From Candidatus Nomurabacteria bacterium GW2011_GWD2_36_14 (GTDB taxonomy: Bacteria > Patescibacteriota > Minisyncoccia > Phycocordibacterales > UBA9973): a stretch of 64,000 nt of DNA. The notes below the pieces were generated by a model. That model worked only from the letters and a program-made list of their open reading frames with translations. It searched no databases and was not told the DNA's origin. Shown one piece after another: positions 48,095 to 58,045 of the stretch. Each line of letters opens with the position of its first letter. Within the stretch, counting starts at the first letter, position 1. The DNA lies in assembly GCA_000991405.1 (NCBI GenBank), contig LBRL01000001.1, positions 222,172 to 286,171 on the forward strand, given 5' to 3'. The position numbers and the translations under genes were made by a program.

Positions 48095-48541
48095 ATGAAA
48101 CATATTAACTTAAAAGGTTCTTGGATTATTAAGGCGCCTATTGATCAAGTTTTCAAAATAGTTACGGACTTTGAAAATATACCAAAGAATTTCCCAACTG
48201 TTGCAGAGTCATTGGTTATTACCAAGAAAGATGGCAATAAATTGGAAATTGATGCCCAAGTAAAGTCTTTCGGCACAGTGTTCCCCGTCAAAATGAAAAC
48301 AGAAATTATTCCTGAGAAAGGGTATGTTTCTGATAATGAGAATTCGAAATTGGGTATATCTGGTCATGAAGAATTTATGATGGAAGAGACAGAAGAAGGC
48401 ACGAGGATTAATTATACCTATGGAGTTGATATTCACAATAGATGGCTAAGAATAATAGCCAGACCACTTCTAAGTTGGTACTCAATGAAATTCTGGGAAA
48501 AGGCTTTTATTGATAGATTAAAAAAGATTTGTGAAAACTAG
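48095..48541 (+). CDS. SRPBCC (Bet v1/START-like, polyketide-cyclase-type) domain protein
   Basis: The IKAPIDQVFKIVTDFENIPKNFP pattern and its size. Confidence 0.5.
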   Translation: MKHINLKGSWIIKAPIDQVFKIVTDFENIPKNFPTVAESLVITKKDGNKLEIDAQVKSFGTVFPVKMKTEIIPEKGYVSDNENSKLGISGHEEFMMEETEEGTRINYTYGVDIHNRWLRIIARPLLSWYSMKFWEKAFIDRLKKICEN

Positions 48542-48581
48542 CAGGCTTAGTATAAGCTTGAACCTGTGATACAATTATATT

Positions 48582-49430
48582 ATGAAAAAAATACTAACTT
48601 ATATATCTATATTTATCGTTATTATAATCGTGATTTTCGTCTTTATTTCAAGGAATAAAAGGTTAAACATAGTTATACAAAATCCTCCAGCAAGAGAAGC
48701 TATTGCCATGTGCTATCAATATTCAAAAGAGACTTCGCGTGGTTTCTATGATCAGGCTTGGCTGAAAATGAGTATTTTGGGAGATAAGGTAACCGGTGAA
48801 TACCGAAACCTTCCAGCCGAGAAAGATAGCAAGGTTGGAAAATTTGCAGGGAATGTTGGACCAATGGATCCTAAGATTAGCGGACGTATTGCAGATGTTT
48901 GGTGGGATTCTTTGGCTGAAGGTATGAATGTAAGGGAACAATTAAATATTGAATTTGGTGAAGGATCTGCTGTCGCTTTGTTTGGTGAGATGATAGATAG
49001 AGGAGATGGAGTATATGTATATAAAGATGTAACTAAGCTTACTTCTGGATTCCAGATGTCACAAACAGATTGCAGTGCACTAGATGACAAAATTATTGTT
49101 GAAAAATATATTCGTGACAATGTTAAAACCATTGTGCCAGAAAAGCCTGTTTTAGGCGGTTCATGGTATATAACTTCTGTAAACATAAATCCTTCTACAA
49201 AAACTGGAAAGATGACATATGAAGATGGTCATATACAGGGCAATAAAAGTTTTAGTTATATTAGAAACAATAATGAAGTCAAAATTAACTTAATGGAGAG
49301 TATACCACCAGAATCTAAAGCTCCAGTAATTAAAGGACCAGTTGCCTGTACTATGGATGCCAAACAATGCCCCGATGGTTCTTATGTAGGACGCACTGGC
49401 CCCAATTGTGAATTCGTCTGCCCACGATAA
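48582..49430 (+). CDS. N-terminally anchored secreted protein with C-terminal Cys cluster
   Basis: ORF with an N-terminal TM helix; C-terminal CTMDAKQCPDGS...CEFVC. Confidence 0.4.
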   Translation: MKKILTYISIFIVIIIVIFVFISRNKRLNIVIQNPPAREAIAMCYQYSKETSRGFYDQAWLKMSILGDKVTGEYRNLPAEKDSKVGKFAGNVGPMDPKISGRIADVWWDSLAEGMNVREQLNIEFGEGSAVALFGEMIDRGDGVYVYKDVTKLTSGFQMSQTDCSALDDKIIVEKYIRDNVKTIVPEKPVLGGSWYITSVNINPSTKTGKMTYEDGHIQGNKSFSYIRNNNEVKINLMESIPPESKAPVIKGPVACTMDAKQCPDGSYVGRTGPNCEFVCPR

Positions 49431-49491
49431 TATGTATTTAAATAATAAAAAGCACCTCGCGAGAGGTGCTTTTTATATATTCAGATTAGTA

Positions 49492-50256
49492 TTAGTGTGC
49501 TACTGCCCCATGAGGATCCTTACTGAAAGTTTTACTGACCATACGAGCAATAATGATTATTGCTAAGATTAGAAGGATGAACAAGAACCACTGAAAGACT
49601 GAACTTGGCATAAAGCTTCCTGAACCTTTAACTGACAATGCTGTAACTCCGTTGGTATCATAAACTACAGGCTGTGTGTTGTATGCTCCATAAGCATTGG
49701 CTAGCATTACACCTTGACTCTTACTATTGGCATCATAGTTCACAAACTGACCTGTGTTGCCTTGTACTCCAGTATTCTTGCCATATGAGGAAGTAACCGC
49801 ACTTGCTCCAAGGACAGAAGCTCCTTGAGTATTACCGACATTGGATCCAGAATTTACATATTGAACTTGCTGTTGAGGTGAAGCAACATACTGAGTAGTA
49901 GTTGTACTAGGTGCTGTTACGTACTTTACAGTAGGAACTTCTACATACTTAACAGTTGGGACTTCTACGTACTTGATTTGAGTCTGAGGCTGTGCTTGTA
50001 CGTAAGTATAAGGTTGCTGTATGGCATAGTTATTTTGCTGTTGTGGTACTGTATATGAGTATTGCTGTTCTGTGTAATTATAATATTGATTAGAACCACC
50101 AACTCCAGTATAACCACGATTATATGTAGGATAAGAATATCCAACATTGTATCCCATAGGGATAGTCTCAAAGTCAGCAGATGCAAAATTGACTCCAAGG
50201 ACAATAAAAGCAAAAGCTCCGAGTGCTATTAAATTTTTTAATGTTTTATTTTTCAT
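49492..50256 (-). CDS. Secreted low-complexity Q/Y/T/V-rich protein with C-terminal TM anchor
   Basis: Signal peptide, repeats (YVEVPTVKYVEVPTVKYV) and a C-terminal hydrophobic anchor. Confidence 0.45.
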   Translation of the reverse strand: MKNKTLKNLIALGAFAFIVLGVNFASADFETIPMGYNVGYSYPTYNRGYTGVGGSNQYYNYTEQQYSYTVPQQQNNYAIQQPYTYVQAQPQTQIKYVEVPTVKYVEVPTVKYVTAPSTTTTQYVASPQQQVQYVNSGSNVGNTQGASVLGASAVTSSYGKNTGVQGNTGQFVNYDANSKSQGVMLANAYGAYNTQPVVYDTNGVTALSVKGSGSFMPSSVFQWFLFILLILAIIIIARMVSKTFSKDPHGAVAH

Positions 50257-50453
50257 ATGAGTATTATATCATATAAGTATGCCTTTTGTCAATACCCCTT
50301 CACCTTTAATATACGTTGATAAATATAGGTATTTTGCTATCATATATTTACTGAATATTAAAATTTAGAGAAATTTAGCTATTTTGCCCCTTACAGGGCT
50401 GCAATTTATACAAACGGTTTACCTCTTAATAAATCGGGAGTATAATCAAAAAC

Positions 50454-53045
50454 ATGACAAAAACTAGAAAAATTAGCAAGAAATCAGTACGTTTAGAGCC
50501 ACATATATACCCTACTCATTACCATCTACATCTTCATCCAGATCTTTTATCATTTACATTTTCTGGAAATGAAATAATAAAAATAAATACCGATAAAGAC
50601 ATAAAAAACATAACTCTTCATAGTAAAGACTTGGACATAGAGACAGTAAGTATTAAGAGTAATAAAAAAGAACAGTTTGCTTATAAAATTACTTATGATA
50701 CTAAAAAGGAAACAGCCACATTCTACTTCAAAAATGTAATACCAAAAGGCAAAGGAGAACTATCTATTGTTTTCTCTGGAATCATTAGCGACTCTCTGCG
50801 AGGATTTTATAAAAGTAGATACGTAGTCGATGGAGTAGAGAAGCACATAGCAACGACACAATTTGAAACTACAGACGCACGTCGAGCCTTCCCCTGCTTT
50901 GACGAACCTGCGCACAAGGCGGTGTTCGAAGTATCACTTGTAATACCTGAAAGTCATACTGCCATATCGAACACATTACCTATAAATATTGCTCCACATA
51001 GTACAGGCTACAAAATAGTATCATTTGCTCCCTCGCCTATTATGTCCACATACTTGCTTGCATTTATTATTGGCGAATTTGAATTTATAGAAAGTAAAAC
51101 AAAAGAAGGTGTCCAAGTCCGTGTATTCACTACTAAAGGCAAGATACACCAAGCTCGTTTCGCACTAGAAGTAGCTATAAAGTCTCTGGAATTCTTCAAT
51201 AAATATTTTGACATACCGTATCCACTACCCATACTAGACCTTATCGCTATCCCCGACTTCGAATCTGCTGCAATGGAGAACTGGGGAGCAATTACTTTCC
51301 GAGAGACTGCACTTCTGGTAAGTGACGAAAACACGTCTCTTGTAAATAGACAGTGGGTTGCTACGGCTATTTCTCACGAAATCGCTCACCAATGGTTTGG
51401 GAACTTAGTCACAATGCACTGGTGGACAGACCTTTGGCTCAATGAAGGATTCGCAGCTTATATGGAAAAGTTTTGTGTTGATCACCTTTTCCCACAGTGG
51501 AATACATGGCCAATATTCTTCTCAGGTGGTAGATATAAAAATGCAGTTGAAATAGATTCACTAGAGAACTCACACCCAATAGAAGTTGATGTAAACCATC
51601 CAGATGAAATTAATGAGACTTTCGATATGGTTTCTTATGAGAAGGGTTGCACCTTGATACGAATGCTTTCAATGTACTTGGGTGAAGATAAATTTAGAGA
51701 TGGGCTTAGATATTATCTTAAAAAGCATAGTTACAAAAATACACAAACTATAAATTTATGGGAGGCTTTTGAGAAAGTAAGCAAGAAACCTGTAAAGAAA
51801 ATGATGAGCTCTTGGACAAAGCAAGCCGGCTTCCCTCTTGTCTCTATTTCGAGCCACAAATCGGACTTATGGCTAACCCAAGAAAGATTTTTCTCTAGTA
51901 GAGTCACTAGAAGAAAATTTGAGAGAGTAGAAAAGAGTTCCAAGTGGCAGATTCCTCTTTCTTGTGAATTAATAAATAAAGATAAAGTAACAGAAGAAAA
52001 ACTTCTAATAAATAAAACAAAAACAAAAATCAAAGGCAACGCTTTCGGCCTAATAAATCTAAATGAATCTTCCTTTCTAAAAGTTAATTATGACCATAAA
52101 ACACTTGAATACTTGAAGACAAAAATTAAAGAAAAGAAAATTGCCCCTATAGATAGATTAGGAATTATCAAAAATTTATTCTCACTAGCAGAAGGAGGGT
52201 ATATAAAAGCGAGTGAAGTTCTAGAATTTTCTCAAAATTATAAAGATGAGACAGAGTACATGATATGGCTAGAAATAGCTAGTGGGGTAAGAAAAATATA
52301 TAACGTATTGATAGAAAAAGGAGAAGAAACTTTAAAATATAAAAAGTATGCATTGTCACTATTCTCACCACTTGCGGATAAATTTGGGTTTGAAAAAATG
52401 GAAAATGAAAGTCACGGGAATACATTGCTTCGAAGTTTGGCAATATCTCAAGCGGGATTTTATGGAGATAAATATATTATCAAAGAAGCAAAGAAAGTAT
52501 TCGACAATAGAAATATAAAGCCGATAGATCCAGACCTAAAGACGGCAATCTATGGTGTAGTTATATCTAATGGAGGTTTAAAAGAGTGGAAAACCTTTGA
52601 ATATTTATATACGAACACAGACAGTGCGGAGGAGCGGGACACTATAGGTAGATCACTAGGGTCTTTCAATAATTATAAAGTGGTAGAGAAAGCCCTGCGG
52701 TTCTCAATGTCAAAACATGTTCGAAGCCAAGATACCCCATTTATATTAGCGTCAATTTGGAGAAATAAAGAGGGGCAAGATTTAGCTTGGAATTTTGTCA
52801 AAGACAACTGGGAAGTTATACTTAAAAGATACGGTGGAAGTAATTTCCTAACTAAATTCTTACCATTCTTGGGTTATCATACAAAAAAAGAAGATTTGAT
52901 AGATGCTAAGAAATTCTTTAGTAAAAATGTAGCCCCTGGAGGTGAGAAAACCCTAAAGCAATCCTACGAACAATTAGAGTCCAACATTGCCTGGATTAAA
53001 GACGACAAGAAAGATATTCAAAACTGGCTAGATAAGAATTACTAA
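50454..53045 (+). CDS. pepN: Aminopeptidase N (M1 family)
   Basis: GAMEN motif; HEIAHQWFGNLVT...LWLNEGFA (HExxH+E). Confidence 0.92.
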   Translation: MTKTRKISKKSVRLEPHIYPTHYHLHLHPDLLSFTFSGNEIIKINTDKDIKNITLHSKDLDIETVSIKSNKKEQFAYKITYDTKKETATFYFKNVIPKGKGELSIVFSGIISDSLRGFYKSRYVVDGVEKHIATTQFETTDARRAFPCFDEPAHKAVFEVSLVIPESHTAISNTLPINIAPHSTGYKIVSFAPSPIMSTYLLAFIIGEFEFIESKTKEGVQVRVFTTKGKIHQARFALEVAIKSLEFFNKYFDIPYPLPILDLIAIPDFESAAMENWGAITFRETALLVSDENTSLVNRQWVATAISHEIAHQWFGNLVTMHWWTDLWLNEGFAAYMEKFCVDHLFPQWNTWPIFFSGGRYKNAVEIDSLENSHPIEVDVNHPDEINETFDMVSYEKGCTLIRMLSMYLGEDKFRDGLRYYLKKHSYKNTQTINLWEAFEKVSKKPVKKMMSSWTKQAGFPLVSISSHKSDLWLTQERFFSSRVTRRKFERVEKSSKWQIPLSCELINKDKVTEEKLLINKTKTKIKGNAFGLINLNESSFLKVNYDHKTLEYLKTKIKEKKIAPIDRLGIIKNLFSLAEGGYIKASEVLEFSQNYKDETEYMIWLEIASGVRKIYNVLIEKGEETLKYKKYALSLFSPLADKFGFEKMENESHGNTLLRSLAISQAGFYGDKYIIKEAKKVFDNRNIKPIDPDLKTAIYGVVISNGGLKEWKTFEYLYTNTDSAEERDTIGRSLGSFNNYKVVEKALRFSMSKHVRSQDTPFILASIWRNKEGQDLAWNFVKDNWEVILKRYGGSNFLTKFLPFLGYHTKKEDLIDAKKFFSKNVAPGGEKTLKQSYEQLESNIAWIKDDKKDIQNWLDKNY

Positions 53046-53114
53046 ATATTTTGTAAAAAGTTCACATAAAAACTAAATTACAATTAAGAAACGGCCGTTT
53101 CTTAATTGTAATTT

Positions 53115-53801
53115 TTAATGTATGAAAGTTTTGCGGTGGATGGGGGTAAGGCCTGACTTCTTGATAGCTTCATAGTGGGCTTTAGTACCATAACCTGCGT
53201 GATGCTCGAAGCCATACTCGGGATATTCTTTTGCATATTTGGTCATAACTTTATCACGAGTAACCTTCGCCACAATGGATGCGAGTGAAATAACAGGATG
53301 AAGTTCGTCCCCTCTTATAATTGTCTCTTGATTAACGTATTGGGCAGGAGCATGAAGCCCACCATCGAGAAAAATCTGAAACGAAGCAGAATCTTCCAAA
53401 TTTTTATCCGCGTCGGAGCCCTTTAGGGTAAAGCGGGAAAAATTTGGAAGATTCTGTGAAGCGACTTTATAAAGAGACTCATTTAATGCTTTCTGAATGC
53501 ATTTCGCAATTCCAAATTTATCAATATTTTCAGAAGAAACAAAAGATACAGAGTAGTCGCAAAAGCCTTCGGCTTTTTGCTTCTTCAAATATTCAAACCA
53601 CTCTTCCCTTTGCTTTTTACTAAGCTTTTTCGAATCTTTTAATTTCGATAATTTTTTTTCTGCATAGGTCTGACCTATGCAAGTTTCAATAAACTTTTCA
53701 TCTTTTATAAGAAATGCACAGACAGCCACCGGCCCTGCCAAGGGACCTCTACCAACCTCATCTATACCGATTATGTATTTTATGGTGTCTTTATTTGCCA
53801 T
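53115..53801 (-). CDS. rnhB: Ribonuclease HII
   Basis: IGIDEVGRGPLAGPVAV. Confidence 0.9.
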   Translation of the reverse strand: MANKDTIKYIIGIDEVGRGPLAGPVAVCAFLIKDEKFIETCIGQTYAEKKLSKLKDSKKLSKKQREEWFEYLKKQKAEGFCDYSVSFVSSENIDKFGIAKCIQKALNESLYKVASQNLPNFSRFTLKGSDADKNLEDSASFQIFLDGGLHAPAQYVNQETIIRGDELHPVISLASIVAKVTRDKVMTKYAKEYPEYGFEHHAGYGTKAHYEAIKKSGLTPIHRKTFIH

Positions 53802-53837
53802 ATAGAACAATAATACCTTATTTGCTATACTAAGGAA

Positions 53838-56800
53838 ATGGAAAAAGCGGAATTGAATTCACGATTTATACATCTTCATACCCACTCACATTACTCCCTA
53901 CTAGACGGACTTTCTAAGATTCCCGACATGATTAAAACAGCCAAGAAGAACGGTATGAACGCTCTAGCTATCACAGACCATGGCAACCTGTATGGAGCCA
54001 TAGAACTCTATAAAGAGGCTCATAAGGCTGGTATAAAGCCAATAATAGGTGTTGAGGCATATATAGCGGAGAGAGGACGAGCCGACAAGGAACCCGGAGT
54101 AGACAACAAGAGATACCACCTAACTCTCCTTGCTCGTAATCTGCAAGGATACAAAAACCTGATGCGACTTGTATCCATAGCCAATATGGAAGGCTACTAC
54201 TATAAACCTCGCATGGACAAAGAAATCTTGCGTTTGTATAGCGAAGGCATCATATGTCTTTCGGGTTGTATGGGCAGTCAGCTCTCTCAAGCAATCCTCG
54301 CTGGTAACGATGAAAAAGCTGAAAATTTAATAAAAGAACACCAAGAAATTTTCGGTAAGGAATATTATTTCTTAGAAGTACACTCTCACCCACACGTTGA
54401 AAATGACAAGAAGCTAAGAGATGGAATTGTGGCCTTAGGGAAAAAGTTTGGTATTCCTGTCGTCGCTGGACAAGACTCTCACTACCTGTGTGAAGATGAC
54501 CACGATGCTCACCATACTCTCCTAGCAGTGAACACTGGAGTGATGGACGGCAAGGAAGGCACAGGGCTCGAATTCTCTGCCGACGACTTTTCCCTTATTG
54601 ACGAGAAGACAGCTTTAAAATATTTCAAGGATATCCCCGAAGCAGTATCGAACACCAAGATAGTAGCCGACTTGTGCGAAAGCTACGACATAGGACTAGG
54701 CAAAGCTTACTTCCCTGATTTCCCTATTCCAGATGGCCTTACTGCCGATGAAGTACTTCGAGAGCTTGCATACAAAGGGTTTGAAAGTAGAAAGCTCGAG
54801 AAAACGCCCACCTATATAGATAGATTGGAATACGAACTTAAAATAATTAAACAGAAGGGCTACCCTGCCTACTTCTTGGTTGTTTCTGACTTGCTTCAAT
54901 TCTCAAGAGACAACGACATTTATACGAACATCAGAGGATCCGTCGCTGGTTCCCTCACAACTTATCTAACAGGTATTACCAAGGTTGATCCTATAGCCTA
55001 CAAGTTACCATTCGAAAGATTCCTAAACCCAGAGCGTCCATCACTCCCCGATATAGATATGGACTTTGCTGATAATCGCCGCGACGAAGTCATAGCCTAT
55101 GCAAAAAGAAAATACGGAGAAGACAAGGTCGCACAGATAGGTACATTTGGTACGATGATGGCGAAGGGTTCTGTGCGTGACGTGGCTCGCGCCCTAGGCT
55201 ATCCATACAATATTGGAGATAGAATCTCAAGTATGATTCCTCTCGGTTCACAGGGTATGCCGATGACTATAGATCATGCAATGAAGATAGTTCCTGAACT
55301 TAAGAAAGCTTACAAAGAAGAACCCGATACGAAAAAGATTATAGACTTGGCGAAGAAAATGGAAGGATGCGTGCGACACATTTCCGTTCATGCGGCAGGC
55401 GTCGTCATGGCACCTCGACCACTTTATGAATTCACCCCTATACAGTACGACCCTAAGGGTGGGCACATTATTACTCAGTACGATATGTACAGTATAGAAG
55501 ATGCAGGGCTTCCTAAATTCGACTTCCTAGGAATCCGAAATTTGGCCATCTTGGCTGAAGCTGTAAGATTAGTTAAAATAATTCATAAAATTGATATCAA
55601 GATAGATGAGATTGATATAAATGATAAGAAGACTTTTGAAATTCTTTCCCGAGGAGAAACTATGGGGCTTTTCCAATTGAACGGCTCGGGAATGACAAGG
55701 TATTTGAAGGAACTACGACCAACTACCATACACGATATCAATGCAATGGTGGCCTTATATCGTCCTGGTCCGATGGAAATGATACCTGAGTATATTAAAC
55801 GTAAACATAATCCAAAATTAATAACATTCATAGACCCCAGACTTAAGGATATCCTAAGTATGTCTTATGGAATCATTACTTATCAGGACGATGTCTTGAT
55901 GACAGCTATTGGCTTGGCTGGGTATTCTTGGCTGGAAGCTGATAAGCTTCGTAAGGCCATGGGAAAGAAGATTCCAGAAGTTATGCAAGCAGAAAAAGAA
56001 AAGTTACTAGCTGGCTTTATAAAAAATGGCTTGAATGAAAAAAAGGCCCAAGAAATTTGGACCCTCATTGAACCATTCGCTGCCTATGGATTCGGAAAGG
56101 CACACGCCGCAAGTTATGGACTCGTAGCATACCAGACTGCCTATATGAAAGCCAACTACCCCGTAGAGTACATGACAGCAATCATGACTTCTGAATCGGG
56201 AGATATCGAAAAGGTAGCAGAAATAATCCATGAATGTGAAAAGATGAATATCAAAGTTCTCCCTCCAAATATAAATGAAAGTTACGGAGGCTTCACAGTT
56301 ATAAAAGGAAGTAATCATGCTACAGATAGAACTATCCGCTTTGGATTCTATAATATTAAAAACTTAGGAGTAGATATAGCTGACTCAATCATTGAAGAAC
56401 GCAAAAAGAATGGCAAGTTCAAATCCTTGGCTGACTTCTTTGAAAGAATCAATCACAAAAACTTGAACAAAAAGTCAGTAGAGGCCTTGGCCAAGTGTGG
56501 AGCTATGGACGACCTTGTCGTACACCGCAACATGATTATGGGTAACTTAGAGAAGCTTCTAGCCTTCAACAAAGAATCCCGTGGGTCTGGCTCTCAGGAA
56601 TCTCTCTTTGGCTCGATAGGTGGCATAGAGGTGAAGCTATCTCTCGATGACCAGCTCGAAGCAACACTTATGGAGAAGCTAACATGGGAGAAAGACTTGC
56701 TGGGTCTATATATTTCAGGACATCCACTAGATAATTACAAAGATAAAATTGAGAAATTTGGAACTCTTATAAAGAAAGTCCAAGAAGAACTGAAGGTCAA

Positions 56801-57044
56801 TACACCTGTAACGATAGCCTCTATCATAGATGATATTCGAATAGTCACAACCAAGAAGAACGACCGCATGGCCTTTATAAAGATTTCAGATTACACAGGA
56901 AGTATAGATGCTGTCGTATTCTCTAAGCTCTATGAGACCAATAAGGATATCTTGATCAAAGATACTATCATTGCCCTCCAAGGGAAAGTAACCGAAAGAA
57001 ATGGTGAGAAGAGTATTATGATTGAGAACTTCAAGAAGATTTAG
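53838..57044 (+). CDS. dnaE: DNA polymerase III alpha subunit
   Basis: PHP domain HLHTHSHYSLLDG; polymerase core; OB domain at the C-terminus. 1068 aa. Confidence 0.95.
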   Translation: MEKAELNSRFIHLHTHSHYSLLDGLSKIPDMIKTAKKNGMNALAITDHGNLYGAIELYKEAHKAGIKPIIGVEAYIAERGRADKEPGVDNKRYHLTLLARNLQGYKNLMRLVSIANMEGYYYKPRMDKEILRLYSEGIICLSGCMGSQLSQAILAGNDEKAENLIKEHQEIFGKEYYFLEVHSHPHVENDKKLRDGIVALGKKFGIPVVAGQDSHYLCEDDHDAHHTLLAVNTGVMDGKEGTGLEFSADDFSLIDEKTALKYFKDIPEAVSNTKIVADLCESYDIGLGKAYFPDFPIPDGLTADEVLRELAYKGFESRKLEKTPTYIDRLEYELKIIKQKGYPAYFLVVSDLLQFSRDNDIYTNIRGSVAGSLTTYLTGITKVDPIAYKLPFERFLNPERPSLPDIDMDFADNRRDEVIAYAKRKYGEDKVAQIGTFGTMMAKGSVRDVARALGYPYNIGDRISSMIPLGSQGMPMTIDHAMKIVPELKKAYKEEPDTKKIIDLAKKMEGCVRHISVHAAGVVMAPRPLYEFTPIQYDPKGGHIITQYDMYSIEDAGLPKFDFLGIRNLAILAEAVRLVKIIHKIDIKIDEIDINDKKTFEILSRGETMGLFQLNGSGMTRYLKELRPTTIHDINAMVALYRPGPMEMIPEYIKRKHNPKLITFIDPRLKDILSMSYGIITYQDDVLMTAIGLAGYSWLEADKLRKAMGKKIPEVMQAEKEKLLAGFIKNGLNEKKAQEIWTLIEPFAAYGFGKAHAASYGLVAYQTAYMKANYPVEYMTAIMTSESGDIEKVAEIIHECEKMNIKVLPPNINESYGGFTVIKGSNHATDRTIRFGFYNIKNLGVDIADSIIEERKKNGKFKSLADFFERINHKNLNKKSVEALAKCGAMDDLVVHRNMIMGNLEKLLAFNKESRGSGSQESLFGSIGGIEVKLSLDDQLEATLMEKLTWEKDLLGLYISGHPLDNYKDKIEKFGTLIKKVQEELKVNTPVTIASIIDDIRIVTTKKNDRMAFIKISDYTGSIDAVVFSKLYETNKDILIKDTIIALQGKVTERNGEKSIMIENFKKI

Positions 57045-57108
57045 GGTTAGGTTCTAAAAAATACAAAAGGCTCCGACGTACGTCGGAGCCTTTTGTATTT
57101 TTGTTAAA

Positions 57109-57687
57109 TTATTTTATAGGGTCACTAGCATCTATCATTTTCATTATTCTTTCTACCTCTTTAGGATAGTTAGGGATAACTGAGTTGTATTTGCGCAGAA
57201 TCTGAAGAGTTGTCTTATTTGTATAATGATGAGCTGTACCTTCACTGTTACCACCTAGACTTGCTGAGACCTTTTCGATTGATTCATCGATAGACTTGAA
57301 GCCTATCTTACATGAACCCCAACCAAATGGATTATTCTGTGCTTTTGGATTCTTGCACATATTTCTCCCAAATGTAGTCTCACGTCCAGCGATAGCGATG
57401 AGTAAACGCCAGTCGATATTATTCTTGTCTGCTTCCTCCACGAATTTGGCCCCATATCCGGCTAGCACTGATCCGCGTGAAGTAAGAAATGTATCTATAG
57501 CATCAGCTTTCTTTTTGAAGTCAGCCTTTTCTTGCGTTGTTATCGCAGAATCAGTAACTTCAACCTTATTTGCGATACTTGGGGTCGTGTCTGTAATGCC
57601 CTGTATTCCTGAGAGTGGCATAGCCACGGCTAACATAGGAATGGCAACAATCGACTGCAAGTAACGTATAATTTTTTGTTTGCTCAT
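57109..57687 (-). CDS. Secreted hypothetical protein, possibly a cell-wall hydrolase-like domain
   Basis: Signal peptide. The NIDWRLLIAIAGRETTFG region has weak similarity to glucosaminidase/transglycosylase folds. Confidence 0.35.
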   Translation of the reverse strand: MSKQKIIRYLQSIVAIPMLAVAMPLSGIQGITDTTPSIANKVEVTDSAITTQEKADFKKKADAIDTFLTSRGSVLAGYGAKFVEEADKNNIDWRLLIAIAGRETTFGRNMCKNPKAQNNPFGWGSCKIGFKSIDESIEKVSASLGGNSEGTAHHYTNKTTLQILRKYNSVIPNYPKEVERIMKMIDASDPIK

Positions 57688-57878
57688 AGTTAACGACGTT
57701 CATGCCGTCAGACGCCCCTAAGGGTTCTACTTTGAATCTATCTTTTTACAAAGATTAGGTCTAAAGTAAAAAGCTCCTTATATATAATCGATAATGACGA
57801 TATACTTGGAACTACCCATATAGTAGCACAAAGGTTTATAAAAGTCAATAGTTATACCATAATTTTTACTACCGTCAA

Positions 57879-58045
57879 ATACAAAATATCCTTATTTTAT
57901 AAGGATATTTTGTATACTATGCATTGACAACCTTGTATTTACTGTGTCAAAATAAGCCCTAAATACAAGGATTTCTTGCTATTTTTGACAACAATCCCCT
58001 TCTGTATCATAAAAACCTTGATTTATAAGGATATTTGCTATTTAT
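57879..58045. promoter_or_regulatory. Cluster of palindromes and direct repeats downstream of secA, upstream of the 57687 gene
   Basis: Perfect 16-bp inverted repeat tacaaaatatccttat-ttt-ataaggatattttgta. The related half-sites acaaggatttcttgctattttt and ataaggatatttgctattt. The stem ccttgtattt/aaatacaagg. Confidence 0.5.

Larger units (their letters stand above)
38169..50300. mobile_element. Putative integrated element (integrative plasmid/prophage-like island) next to tRNA-Asn; right boundary not defined
   Basis: A serine recombinase overlaps the tRNA 3' end. A RepA_N-like wHTH protein, a regulator, an iteron-like noncoding region and very AT-rich cargo genes are present. pepN and housekeeping genes resume at 50.4 kb. 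Confidence 0.55.

Noticed and set aside
50257-50453. Searched for an attR direct repeat of the tRNA-Asn 3' end at the right edge of the island
   Set aside because: No copy of GTTCGATCCCTACCCACGGAG was seen. Serine recombinases need only a 2-bp crossover, so the right boundary stays undefined rather than disproved.
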